Shown here piece by piece: positions 9,118-17,656 of a stretch of 64,000 bases of DNA (its first letter is position 1; each line of letters begins with the position of its first letter). Under the pieces are notes generated by a model, which saw only the letters and a program-made list of their open reading frames with translations, was not told where the DNA came from and searched no databases. The stretch is from Candidatus Enterousia sp. (GTDB lineage Bacteria > Pseudomonadota > Alphaproteobacteria > Rs-D84). The stretch spans positions 64,001 through 128,000 of the forward strand of contig JAZLBQ010000007.1 of the NCBI GenBank assembly GCA_045613785.1, given 5' to 3'. Both the position numbers and the translations under genes were made by a program.

Positions 9118-9766
9118 AATACCAGAAAAATTTTTAAATTCTGATGGAACATTAAACAGTGAGATGTTGGTAAAATCATACACAGAATTGGAAAAGAAAT
9201 TAAACACAATGATATCGATTCCAACAGCAGATGATACGCCCGATATTCGTCAAAAATTTAATCGTGCAATTGGTGTTCCAGAAACGCCATCGCAATATCC
9301 AACAAATGAATTATACGACGACGAGAATTTGCGTCAGAAATTTTTTGATATTGGTTTAACATCAAAACAGGTAGAAAAGATTTATGACATTGCGAATGAA
9401 TTTTTAACACCGATTGTATCAGAAATTTTTTCTGTTCAAAATCAATCCAGTGCAATAAATGAATTAAGAAATTTTTTTGGCACAGAACAAAAAATGATAG
9501 ATGCCTTAACTGCGATTGAATCATTTGGAATACGTTTTTTGCCGCACGATGCATTTGTTGAATTATCGGCTACAGCCCAGGGAATTCAAAGCATTTATAA
9601 GATGATGCAAACAATGGAACCCAGTGTTCACACTGATAAAAATTCAAATGAAAATTTATCAGATTCTGATTTGCGACGCATGATGCAAGATCCAAAATAT
9701 TGGCGTGATAATGATACAGAATACATTCGCAAAATAGAAAACGGATTTAAAAAATTATATTCATAA
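9110..9766 (+). CDS. Podophage-type capsid scaffolding/assembly protein
   Basis: IPEKF...LVKSYTELEKKL, GVPETPSQY, C-terminal LRRMMQDPKYWRD...GFKKLY. Confidence 0.75.
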   Translation: MDKIPEKFLNSDGTLNSEMLVKSYTELEKKLNTMISIPTADDTPDIRQKFNRAIGVPETPSQYPTNELYDDENLRQKFFDIGLTSKQVEKIYDIANEFLTPIVSEIFSVQNQSSAINELRNFFGTEQKMIDALTAIESFGIRFLPHDAFVELSATAQGIQSIYKMMQTMEPSVHTDKNSNENLSDSDLRRMMQDPKYWRDNDTEYIRKIENGFKKLYS

Positions 9767-9872
9767 ATATAAAAAATAACTTTTCTTCTTTACTAATTTT
9801 TTGATTTCAGATAAAATATGAATCAAGAACAAAACGAATTTGTTCTAACCAAACGTTAGAAGGAGAGAAGGG

Positions 9873-10334
9873 ATGGGATTTTTCTTTAGAAAATCTAAAA
9901 AAGTAGAAGAAGTAAAACCAGTTGTAAAACCAGCAACAAAGAAAGCAACTGCAAAAAAACCAGCTGCCAAGAAAGTGGCTGCAAAACCAGCTGCAAAAAA
10001 AGTAGCGGCAAAACCAGTTGCAAAAAAAGTAGCTGCAAAACCAGTTGCAAAGAAAGTGGCTGCAAAACCAGTTGCAAAAAAAGTGGCTGCAAAACCAGTT
10101 GCAAAGAAAGTAGCTGCAAAACCAGTTGCAAAAAAAGTAGCTGCAAAACCAGTTGCAAAGAAAGTAGCTGCAAAACCAGTTGCAAAAAAAGTAGCTGCAA
10201 AACCAGTTGCAAAGAAAGTAGCTGCAAAACCAGTCGCAAAAAAAGTGGTTGCAAAACCAGTCGCAAAAAAAGTGGTTGCAAAACCAGTTGCAAAGAAAGC
10301 TTGTGCGAAAAAAGCATGTGCTAAAAAGAAATAA
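9873..10334 (+). CDS. Histone H1-like Lys/Ala/Pro-rich DNA-binding protein
   Basis: 12 tandem KP(V/A)AKKV(A/V)A units; TTTACT-N17-TAAAAT promoter, strong RBS, terminator at 10339-10364. Confidence 0.8.
   Translation: MGFFFRKSKKVEEVKPVVKPATKKATAKKPAAKKVAAKPAAKKVAAKPVAKKVAAKPVAKKVAAKPVAKKVAAKPVAKKVAAKPVAKKVAAKPVAKKVAAKPVAKKVAAKPVAKKVAAKPVAKKVVAKPVAKKVVAKPVAKKACAKKACAKKK
9957..10298 (+). repeat. 27-bp coding tandem repeat, 12 full copies plus a partial copy
   Basis: AAACCAGTTGCAAA(A/G)AAAGT(A/G)GCTGCA repeated. Confidence 0.95.
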
Positions 10335-10338
10335 TAAA

Positions 10339-10412
10339 TTCCCCACATCTGTGGGGATTTTTTTATAAAAGTATCAGTCAGATTATAAACATTGTCTGAC
10401 TGATATTTTTTT
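10339..10412 (+). terminator. Two tandem intrinsic terminators between the H1-like gene and the capsid gene
   Basis: CCCCAC-ATCT-GTGGGG-ATTTTTTT and TATCAGTCAGA...TCTGACTGATA-TTTTTTT. Confidence 0.7.
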
Positions 10413-10543
10413 CTTTGGATAATCCTTGTTTTGGGGACCCATTACTTTTTATTTTTTTGGCACACGATGTGTATAACCAAAATACAAAATTTACCAGTGA
10501 TGCATTGCATCACTTTTAATTTTTATAACCAAAGGATTTTTAT

Positions 10544-10753
10544 ATGTCTGTTTCCATAGATAACGTATTTGTGAAACAATTCGAAGCGGATGTTCATTTG
10601 GCATATCAACAAATGGGCACAAAACTGCGTTCTACTGTTCGCAGTAAATCGGGTGTTATTGGTGCATCAACAACATTTCAAAAGGTCGGTCGTGGCACAG
10701 CCAGCACAAAATCACGTCATGGTATTGTTCCTGTGATGAATTTGAATCACTAA
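10544..10753 (+). pseudogene. Major capsid protein, N-terminal 69 aa only
   Basis: MSVSIDNVFVKQFEADVHLAYQQMGTKLRSTVR...FQKVGRG.ASTKSRHG.VPVMN is the N-terminus of Rhodospirillales podophage-type capsids; AAAGGA RBS; abrupt stop. Confidence 0.75.
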
Positions 10754-10906
10754 TAGATTACACACACCAGGTTATCCAGGATAAATTGGGGGGTGGGGCA
10801 GTATTGGGACTTTACAGAAATCTGCTGTCAGTTTTGGAAAATGCGCTGCCAAAATTGATAAATGATTATGGGCTGATAACAGAAACAGTTCCAAACGATA
10901 ATTGCG

Positions 10907-11509
10907 ATGATTACGGAGTTTTATAAATTTCTGGACACCTGGAACGACCTGTTAGGATTCAAGACCCCAAAGCATCATCGTCAGATAATGAAGTTTCTAT
11001 ATGATGTTTTGTGTGAATCACCGCATCGTGGATTGCTGATGGCATTTCGTCATTCTGGTAAATCGACGGTTGTTGGTATATTTGCGGCATGTGTTTTATA
11101 TTTGCGTCCCCAGACCCGAATTTTGATTTTATCTGCGGAAACCGGGCTGTCATCACGAATGGTGTCGCATATCAGGCATATATTGGAAAATCATCCGTAT
11201 TGTCAATCAATGATTCCTGCGAATAAAAAAGAGTGGGCTAATGGTCGCATAACTATAAATCGTCCGATTGGCATTCGTGAACCGTCTGTAATTTGCCAAG
11301 GTATTCACGGCAATATAACCGGTATGCGTGCAGATTTAATAATTTGTGATGATATCGAAGTGCCAAACACATCAAACACCGCCCAAAAAAGGGAATTTTT
11401 GCGTGAACGCTTGCGTGAACTAGATTTTATACTATCGCCCAACGGTGCAATGATTTATATTGGCACACCGCATACACATGATACTATTTATCAAACGGGG
11501 CTTGACTAG
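10907..11509 (+). CDS. Phage terminase large subunit, ATPase half only
   Basis: MAFRHSGKST (Walker A), TGMRADLIICDDIE (Walker B), YIGTPH coupling motif, then stop. Confidence 0.85.
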   Translation: MITEFYKFLDTWNDLLGFKTPKHHRQIMKFLYDVLCESPHRGLLMAFRHSGKSTVVGIFAACVLYLRPQTRILILSAETGLSSRMVSHIRHILENHPYCQSMIPANKKEWANGRITINRPIGIREPSVICQGIHGNITGMRADLIICDDIEVPNTSNTAQKREFLRERLRELDFILSPNGAMIYIGTPHTHDTIYQTGLD

Positions 11510-12147
11510 TTCAGACTGCTGACAAACGTCCGCAATTTACCCAGCAGTTCACTGCCCGCATCGCCGAACATTGGCAGATAAGTTTCATATTCTGGCATAT
11601 CGGCTTGAACCTGTGCACGAACACGTTCAGATATTGGGTTAGTAATAATTTCATTTGCACTGTCCCATAATCTGTATGCGTTGTATGTTTGGATAACCAT
11701 ATTCCATTTAGGCATTAAATCAGGACGCTTGGCCAGGGCAGCACGAATACCTGGTTGCCATTCTTCGCCGAAATCTTGGACAATTGCCAGTCCCATAAAC
11801 ATATCCAATCCTGTTTGGTCTGGTGTAAAATTATTTAATCCTTCTTCCAGTTCGTTCCATTGATTTTTGGTCAGGCTAACCGAATGAATTTCTTCATTTG
11901 TCATCATGCCACCGTATGGCAATAACTCTGGTTCGATTGAATTGATATCTGTCTTACCGCTACGCAGATTTTCGATATGTTGCACCAACAATTTACCTGT
12001 TGGCATTTCTTTCAGCTCCTTGATAACATCATCAGAAGCCTCGTTCAAGAAAACAGGATTTACAGTTGCCCAGCCACCAATAATAACATGTTCTTGGCGA
12101 TACAGATTTAACAGTCTTAGTGCGGTTGTGCTGCTTTTTGTGTTCAT
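11506..12147 (-). CDS. Hypothetical protein
   Basis: 213-aa ORF with GGAGAG RBS, third gene of the dnaB-strand block. Confidence 0.7.
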   Translation of the reverse strand: MNTKSSTTALRLLNLYRQEHVIIGGWATVNPVFLNEASDDVIKELKEMPTGKLLVQHIENLRSGKTDINSIEPELLPYGGMMTNEEIHSVSLTKNQWNELEEGLNNFTPDQTGLDMFMGLAIVQDFGEEWQPGIRAALAKRPDLMPKWNMVIQTYNAYRLWDSANEIITNPISERVRAQVQADMPEYETYLPMFGDAGSELLGKLRTFVSSLN

Positions 12148-12170
12148 TTTCTCTCTCCATAAGATTGGGA

Positions 12171-13178
12171 TTATTCGATTACAATCATCACAACCTTGTG
12201 CATTGTTTGTGCAGTAATTTTTTCTTCTGGTGAAACGATTTGTCCGTAAACTTTACCTTTGGAATCGCTGCGAACACTAACGATTTGTGCAGATACAGAT
12301 GTTTCATCATCCAACGAATCAAAGTCTGCATCAAAAGCGACGGCTAAATCACCAGGCTGTGCCACAGCGGTTGAGTCTGCAAACACATATGATTTTTCAG
12401 GGATAAAACCGCCCAGGCGTTTAGTATTAGGCATAACTGCATAAACACCGGTTTTGCCTTCTAAAGTGCTTGGTGCGACAATCATTGTTTTATCAGATTT
12501 TTTGAAAGTGATTGCCTTGCCTGTAGGTGTTCCAAAGACTGGCACCAGTTTTTTACGTGCACTGTCATATAATTTTGCACCATACAAACTGCCGTGCATA
12601 TCAATGCCAGACATTGGATTTCCAGGTTCCAAGACAGATTTAACACGTTCTTTGACCTTGCTGATTTGTTTGTTTAATTCGCCAGATTTATACAAGTTTG
12701 CAATCTTGTCGAACAAATCTTCTGCCCCCAGTGCAAATGATTTTGCCAATGGTTCGATTTCGTTTTTATAGATTTCACGCTGACCGACTTCGATTTTATG
12801 GTAAACAGACAAAGTCATACCGGCGTCTTTTGCAGCCTGTGCAATAGTTTTACCTTTTTGCTGGCGGATTTTACGTAATCCGCTACCAAAGACCTTTAAA
12901 CCGCTGTCTTCGTTATCGTTCAATCGTCTTTTGATTTCGCTTTGCCATTGACCTGCGACATCATCAGATTCTTTGATGAAAATATCGGATAATTTGCAGC
13001 CCAAAATATTGCATATATTCAGCAGTTGTTTTTGGTTCAGACGTCTGACACCTTTTTCAATTTTTGAAACAGCAGACAAAGACAATCCGGCCTTGCGTGC
13101 CAATTCTGTCATCTTCATACCATTTGCCAATCGAATATTGCGAATATTATTTGGAAAGATAATTTCTTCTTGGGCCAT
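12171..13178 (-). CDS. XRE-family regulator with two HTH domains and an S24-like C-terminus
   Basis: Two HTH_3 motifs (LSAVSKIEKG; LSVYHKIEVG), VPVFG. Confidence 0.8.
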   Translation of the reverse strand: MAQEEIIFPNNIRNIRLANGMKMTELARKAGLSLSAVSKIEKGVRRLNQKQLLNICNILGCKLSDIFIKESDDVAGQWQSEIKRRLNDNEDSGLKVFGSGLRKIRQQKGKTIAQAAKDAGMTLSVYHKIEVGQREIYKNEIEPLAKSFALGAEDLFDKIANLYKSGELNKQISKVKERVKSVLEPGNPMSGIDMHGSLYGAKLYDSARKKLVPVFGTPTGKAITFKKSDKTMIVAPSTLEGKTGVYAVMPNTKRLGGFIPEKSYVFADSTAVAQPGDLAVAFDADFDSLDDETSVSAQIVSVRSDSKGKVYGQIVSPEEKITAQTMHKVVMIVIE

Positions 13179-13253
13179 TGCAAACTCCTAAATGACTATT
13201 ACTTGACAAAATAATAGTCAATTTTTAACAACGGTGCAAGGAAATAATTATAA

Positions 13254-14819
13254 TTACAATGGCATATCGTCTGGAATTGCATCAGGGTCGATTGCTGTTG
13301 GTTCGGCATAAGCGTCATCAACAAATCCTGAATTTGATTGAGTAGGTGCTGGCTGTGCAAAATCGTTTTCACCACGAGCTTCAAAATCGTTCAGGTTGTC
13401 GAACAAACTGTAATCTCCAAAGAACGCTGTTCGCACAGTTTCTGGTCGTCCATGACGGTTTTTACCGATGATGATATCAGCCTTACCACGTGCCCGTTCT
13501 AATCTGTTTTGCCAAGAATCATGTGCTGATGAATTTACATTATTTGACATACGTTCGTTTGGATCACGGTTTTGCAGATAGTATTCTTCACGATATGTAA
13601 ACATAACGATGTCAGCGTCCTGTTCAATAGATCCAGATTCACGCAAGTCTGACAACATTGGTCGTTTATCATCACGAGATTCCACACTACGTGACAGCTG
13701 AGACAATGCGATAACAGGCACATCTAATTCTTTGGCCAACATTTTTAGACCTCTGGTAATTTCAGAAATTTCCTGAACACGATTATCGCTGTGTTTTCCG
13801 CCTGGGGATGTCATCAACTGTAAATAGTCCAAAACAATCAGTGCGATTCCGCCGTGTTTGCGTGCCAACCGTCTGGCTCTAGTTCGCATCATAGGCACAG
13901 ACATACCTGGTGTATCATCGATGAACAGTGGCACTTTGCCGATTGCAGCAGAATATTGCGACATTTTCAAGAAATCTTCATCAGTCAATTTACCTTCACG
14001 CATTGCTGTTGCGGGAACTTTTGATTGCGAAGACAGCACACGTGCCGCCAGCTGTGAAGCCGACATTTCAAGGCTGAAAAACACAACAGCACCCTTGTAA
14101 TTTTTATTTGCTCGTCCGTATGCGATGGCATTTGCGGCATTAAACGCAATATTCATTGCCAATGTTGTTTTACCCATCGCAGGTCGTCCTGCAATAATAA
14201 TCAAGTCCGAATGATGCAACCCACTGATTGAACCGTCCAGTGCGTCCAAGCCAGTTGTCAGACCTGACAATTGACCGTCTGCCTTGTATGCGATTTCTGC
14301 TTCGTTCAATGCACTTGCCAATGCGGCAGAAATAGGTGTGACCTCACGCTCAGAAGCCCCTGTTGTTGCCATTTCGAACAGTTTTTGTTCTGCCATTTCG
14401 ATTTGGCGTGCCACAGGCGTGTCCAGATCCTCGACAAAAGCCTTGCCTACGATATCCTGACCCAAGGCGATTAAATCACGACGCATTGCGTGTTCATAAA
14501 CAATACGTCCATATTGCTCAACGTTGACAACGGTTGTTCCTGCACTGGCCAACTGGCTTAGATAATCAACACCACCAACAGATTCCAAAACGCCTTGTTG
14601 GTCCAGATAGTTTTTTGCAGTAATGATATCGAACGGGATACCGGCGGCAAACTGCCGATTTGCCAACTTAAAAATTTCTTGGTGTGCGGGGTGGGTAAAG
14701 TGTTCCGCCCGCAGGAATTCACCCACACGTTCCAACGCACGATTGTCCATCAGCACAGCGGCCAACACGGCCTGTTCTGCTTCCAAGTTTTCAGGCAATT
14801 TTTTGGGGGTAAAATCCAT
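13254..14819 (-). CDS. dnaB: Replicative DNA helicase
   Basis: EAEQAVL, GRPAMGKT, FSLEM, DYLQL, LSQLSR, DLRESGSIEQDAD, KNRHG. Confidence 0.97.
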   Translation of the reverse strand: MDFTPKKLPENLEAEQAVLAAVLMDNRALERVGEFLRAEHFTHPAHQEIFKLANRQFAAGIPFDIITAKNYLDQQGVLESVGGVDYLSQLASAGTTVVNVEQYGRIVYEHAMRRDLIALGQDIVGKAFVEDLDTPVARQIEMAEQKLFEMATTGASEREVTPISAALASALNEAEIAYKADGQLSGLTTGLDALDGSISGLHHSDLIIIAGRPAMGKTTLAMNIAFNAANAIAYGRANKNYKGAVVFFSLEMSASQLAARVLSSQSKVPATAMREGKLTDEDFLKMSQYSAAIGKVPLFIDDTPGMSVPMMRTRARRLARKHGGIALIVLDYLQLMTSPGGKHSDNRVQEISEITRGLKMLAKELDVPVIALSQLSRSVESRDDKRPMLSDLRESGSIEQDADIVMFTYREEYYLQNRDPNERMSNNVNSSAHDSWQNRLERARGKADIIIGKNRHGRPETVRTAFFGDYSLFDNLNDFEARGENDFAQPAPTQSNSGFVDDAYAEPTAIDPDAIPDDMPL

Positions 14820-14838
14820 GACACAATCCTTTTCTTCT

Positions 14839-15132
14839 ATGCCCATAGTATATGAAAAAAACGCTTTTTCAACGCCTTTTTTATCGGGATATAAAACCTT
14901 GAAAATTCCGATAGTTAGTCCTGAGGGCGAACCTGCATGGCCTGAATTGTTTCCACTTTCCAGGATTCATCAATTACAAGAAACAGTTGGACATCGCCAC
15001 TTTTCGTCTCAGATGATGCTGGAATTTGTTCCGCCAAATCGCATTCGCCTAGATCCTGGAAGTTTGCATTTTTACGACAGCGAATTTGACCGTCGGTCGG
15101 CAAATCAGTCTTGGAACATTTGCGTCAGATAA
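14839..15132 (+). pseudogene. Terminase large subunit C-terminal half, truncated
   Basis: PFLSGYKTLKIPIV...AWPELFP...FSSQMML...RLDP continues the terminase sequence past GTPH; similarity lost after about 15104. Confidence 0.7.
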
Positions 15133-15257
15133 CAATTGAACGTCCAATTGGTTCAAACGCCACTGATAATGAATTACGCTGGTTTGCTGCTCAGTCAGCA
15201 CTGGTCCGTCACATAGAATCTCTTGTTTCCCAGGGCAGGGGGTGTTCAAATGTTTAA
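15099..15257 (+). pseudogene. Bbp19-like phage protein, 3' remnant without start codon
   Basis: Manual frame: GKSVLEHLRQITIERPIGSNATDNELRWFAAQSALVRHIESLVSQGRG. Confidence 0.6.
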
Positions 15258-15486
15258 CCTGGAATTTTTACGCAACAGTTGGTTTTTGATTGCATTTATT
15301 GGTGGGCTGATTTATTGGGCAGCTCGCCAAGATTTATCTGTTGCGGAACACGAACACTTTGACAGTCGTATAACCTCGCTGGAAAATCGCACGACGATAC
15401 TGGAAACTGGTATTGGTCAGATTCAGATAAAAATAGACGACATCAAAGAAGATTTAAATTTAATAAAAAGTGCCGTTATAAAGTAA
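15250..15486 (+). CDS. Small TM plus coiled-coil phage-like protein
   Basis: MFNLEFLRNSWFLIAFIGGLIYW, then heptads RITSLE...IDDIKEDL. Confidence 0.6.
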   Translation: MFNLEFLRNSWFLIAFIGGLIYWAARQDLSVAEHEHFDSRITSLENRTTILETGIGQIQIKIDDIKEDLNLIKSAVIK

Positions 15487-15517
15487 AGCACGGCCAAAAC
15501 TATAAAGGAAAAGAATT

Positions 15518-16030
15518 ATGGCACGCAGCATCAGATTCCGCCGTGGAACGGCAGTTCAGCATGAAACATTTACCGGTGCCCAGGGGGAAATCACAGTTGA
15601 CACGACAAACAACACCCTACGGGTTCACGATGGTTTAACGCTTGGTGGCACCATCTTGGCGAAACGCAGTGAAATTCCAGATTTTTCTGGGGTTGACTAC
15701 GTTATTGCCTGGCAAAACCCCAGCCCAGAAAACAATTACACCTGGTATCGGAAATATAAATCTGGTTGGGTTGAACAGGGGGGCAGTGATTTTACCCCCA
15801 GAACCATAAATGCAGGCACGGGAACAGCCTGGTATGTCCCAATGCCGGTCCCGATGAGTGATACAAAATACAACATTCAAATATCATTTGACAACGGGAA
15901 CTTGGTCCCTGCTGTGAATAATAACAATCTGACAACCACAACCCAGGTTTATTTGGGCTGTAAAAACCAGGGCAGTGCAAATGTCACCAGCCAGGTTCAA
16001 TATTGGTATGTCTGCGGAATATCTGCATAA
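15518..16030 (+). CDS. Short tail-fibre-like protein (Mtd N-terminal domain plus gp53-like C-terminal domain)
   Basis: IRFRRGT...FTGAQGEITVDT...LRVHDG.T.GG; WYRKYKSGWVEQGG...WYVCG. Confidence 0.75.
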   Translation: MARSIRFRRGTAVQHETFTGAQGEITVDTTNNTLRVHDGLTLGGTILAKRSEIPDFSGVDYVIAWQNPSPENNYTWYRKYKSGWVEQGGSDFTPRTINAGTGTAWYVPMPVPMSDTKYNIQISFDNGNLVPAVNNNNLTTTTQVYLGCKNQGSANVTSQVQYWYVCGISA

Positions 16031-16035
16031 CAAAC

Positions 16036-16058
16036 AAAACCGGGGAAACCCGGTTTTA
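16036..16058. terminator. Bidirectional terminator
   Basis: AAAACCGGG-GAAA-CCCGGTTTT between convergent genes. Confidence 0.75.
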
Positions 16059-17642
16059 CTTTAATTTTATACCTGTCCATTCCGTAACATTTTTAATTTG
16101 TTCGTCATTTTTGCTTTCTGCGACGTTTGTTGCGGCTAATGTCATCTCGTTAGTCAAACGCAATTCACGTGCAGGATTTACATAAACACACTTGAAATCA
16201 GACGGCACAACATTTATCAACGTCTGGTTTTTAACAGCCATTGCCCAGAACCAAACATCGTCCGCCAACGGTGCCAACTTTTGAAACATTGGCTGATTTA
16301 AGACGTCTTTATCCAATACGTGTGGCGGATACAAAACACCGCCAACCCCGGTCAAGAAGTTCAGATAAGACGGTGTTTTATTTTTCGTCTGATGTTCCCA
16401 CTTGTTATACGGGCGCAAATTCCCACGTTTATCAAACAATATTTTATGCGCACGCAGGCAATGAATCTGATTTGGTGTTTTCAGGTATGCATTGTATAAT
16501 TTTTCAACCAACCAATCAGGATAATAAATATCGTCATCAACGGTTATTATTATATCATTTGGAAATTCCTTTAATGACGGCACCAGTTTTGTATAAGACC
16601 GAATATCATCACACCATTTGATTGTTAAACCCTTGTCCAGAAACTGCAATACAGATTCCGGTAAATCTGCTTCTTTGTTTGGGAATTTATCCGCACCCAA
16701 CCACAAAACAATCATATCGGGTTTTAATGTCTGGGTCAGCAAAGAATACAATGTAAAATGAATATCAGACATCCGTTGTGGAAATGACGTCAACGACATA
16801 ATAATCCGTGGATTGCGTCCTGAATTTTTATCAATGCCAACATCGTTAAAATTTTTAATCTGTTCGTCAATCGCATTGCGGTCAATGTGCGGAATTGAAT
16901 CAATCTGTGATTGCCGCCAATTTGCCAACGTCCATGGATTAGAACGGTCCCACGTAATTCCACGTTTTACAATTTGTCCCGGGTTGCCGGCAATAACAAC
17001 ATTTGTTTCCACATAGTTCCGATAGCAAACAGCCCCACCTGAAACGATTGAATTATCGTGAATGTTTGCACGCTTGGTTATTCTGACGCCTTCGCCCACC
17101 CAAACATGATTACCAATAACAACAGGACCAGTTGGTGTATTCAAAATTTCCAATGTTTTCACATCCAGCACCGAATGACCATCCGATGCCCATATGTTAA
17201 TCGAATTTGAAAACATACAATCGTTTCCAATTATGCAACCACTGCGTTCTGGCAGTTTTATTGTTGTTCCATAAAATGTTGAACCTCGTCCAATTTTACA
17301 AATCTGTCCATCACCACAACGAATGTCGATATTTACATTATAAAACTTTGGCGAAGAACCGATTTCAACCAACGCATTATCATTTTCAATCGTGATTGCT
17401 GAATTTGTTGCCACGATTGGCAATTCCAGTTTAACTGTATTGTTATTACCACGGATTTTGATTTTCAAACCGTTTATGGTTTCGTTTTTACGCATTGGCC
17501 GTTCAACACCATTTTCAACAATGATAATCCGGTTGTTTTGACCAACGTTTTTCTGTGTCTTGCGATAACTGATAATCTTAACCCCTAACAAATAAATATG
17601 TCGGCGGCCATTTGGGTATCTGACTTTTTTGAAAATCTTCAT
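16056..17642 (-). CDS. Left-handed beta-helix acyltransferase fused to a glycosyltransferase
   Basis: IGNDCMFS..I.ASDGH, VIGNHVWVG, AGNPG; SLTSFPQR, TVDDDIYYP, GVGGVLYPP, DDVWFW. Confidence 0.8.
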   Translation of the reverse strand: MKIFKKVRYPNGRRHIYLLGVKIISYRKTQKNVGQNNRIIIVENGVERPMRKNETINGLKIKIRGNNNTVKLELPIVATNSAITIENDNALVEIGSSPKFYNVNIDIRCGDGQICKIGRGSTFYGTTIKLPERSGCIIGNDCMFSNSINIWASDGHSVLDVKTLEILNTPTGPVVIGNHVWVGEGVRITKRANIHDNSIVSGGAVCYRNYVETNVVIAGNPGQIVKRGITWDRSNPWTLANWRQSQIDSIPHIDRNAIDEQIKNFNDVGIDKNSGRNPRIIMSLTSFPQRMSDIHFTLYSLLTQTLKPDMIVLWLGADKFPNKEADLPESVLQFLDKGLTIKWCDDIRSYTKLVPSLKEFPNDIIITVDDDIYYPDWLVEKLYNAYLKTPNQIHCLRAHKILFDKRGNLRPYNKWEHQTKNKTPSYLNFLTGVGGVLYPPHVLDKDVLNQPMFQKLAPLADDVWFWAMAVKNQTLINVVPSDFKCVYVNPARELRLTNEMTLAATNVAESKNDEQIKNVTEWTGIKLK

Positions 17643-17656
17643 TTTGTATCCTTTGT

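Noticed and set aside
9957-10298. Possible CRISPR array
   Set aside because: Repeats are contiguous with no unique spacers and are in-frame coding; no cas genes in the window
9807-10348. Three repetitive minus-strand ORFs (FFATGFAAT, CNWFCSY, LQLVLQ)
   Set aside because: Antisense shadows of the 27-bp repeat; only the + frame has an RBS, promoter and terminator
8487-16030. Intact inducible prophage
   Set aside because: No integrase or att sites, capsid and terminase broken, host genes interleaved
15518-16030. Diversity-generating retroelement target (Mtd)
   Set aside because: Only the Mtd N-terminal domain is similar; no reverse transcriptase or TR/VR pair seen
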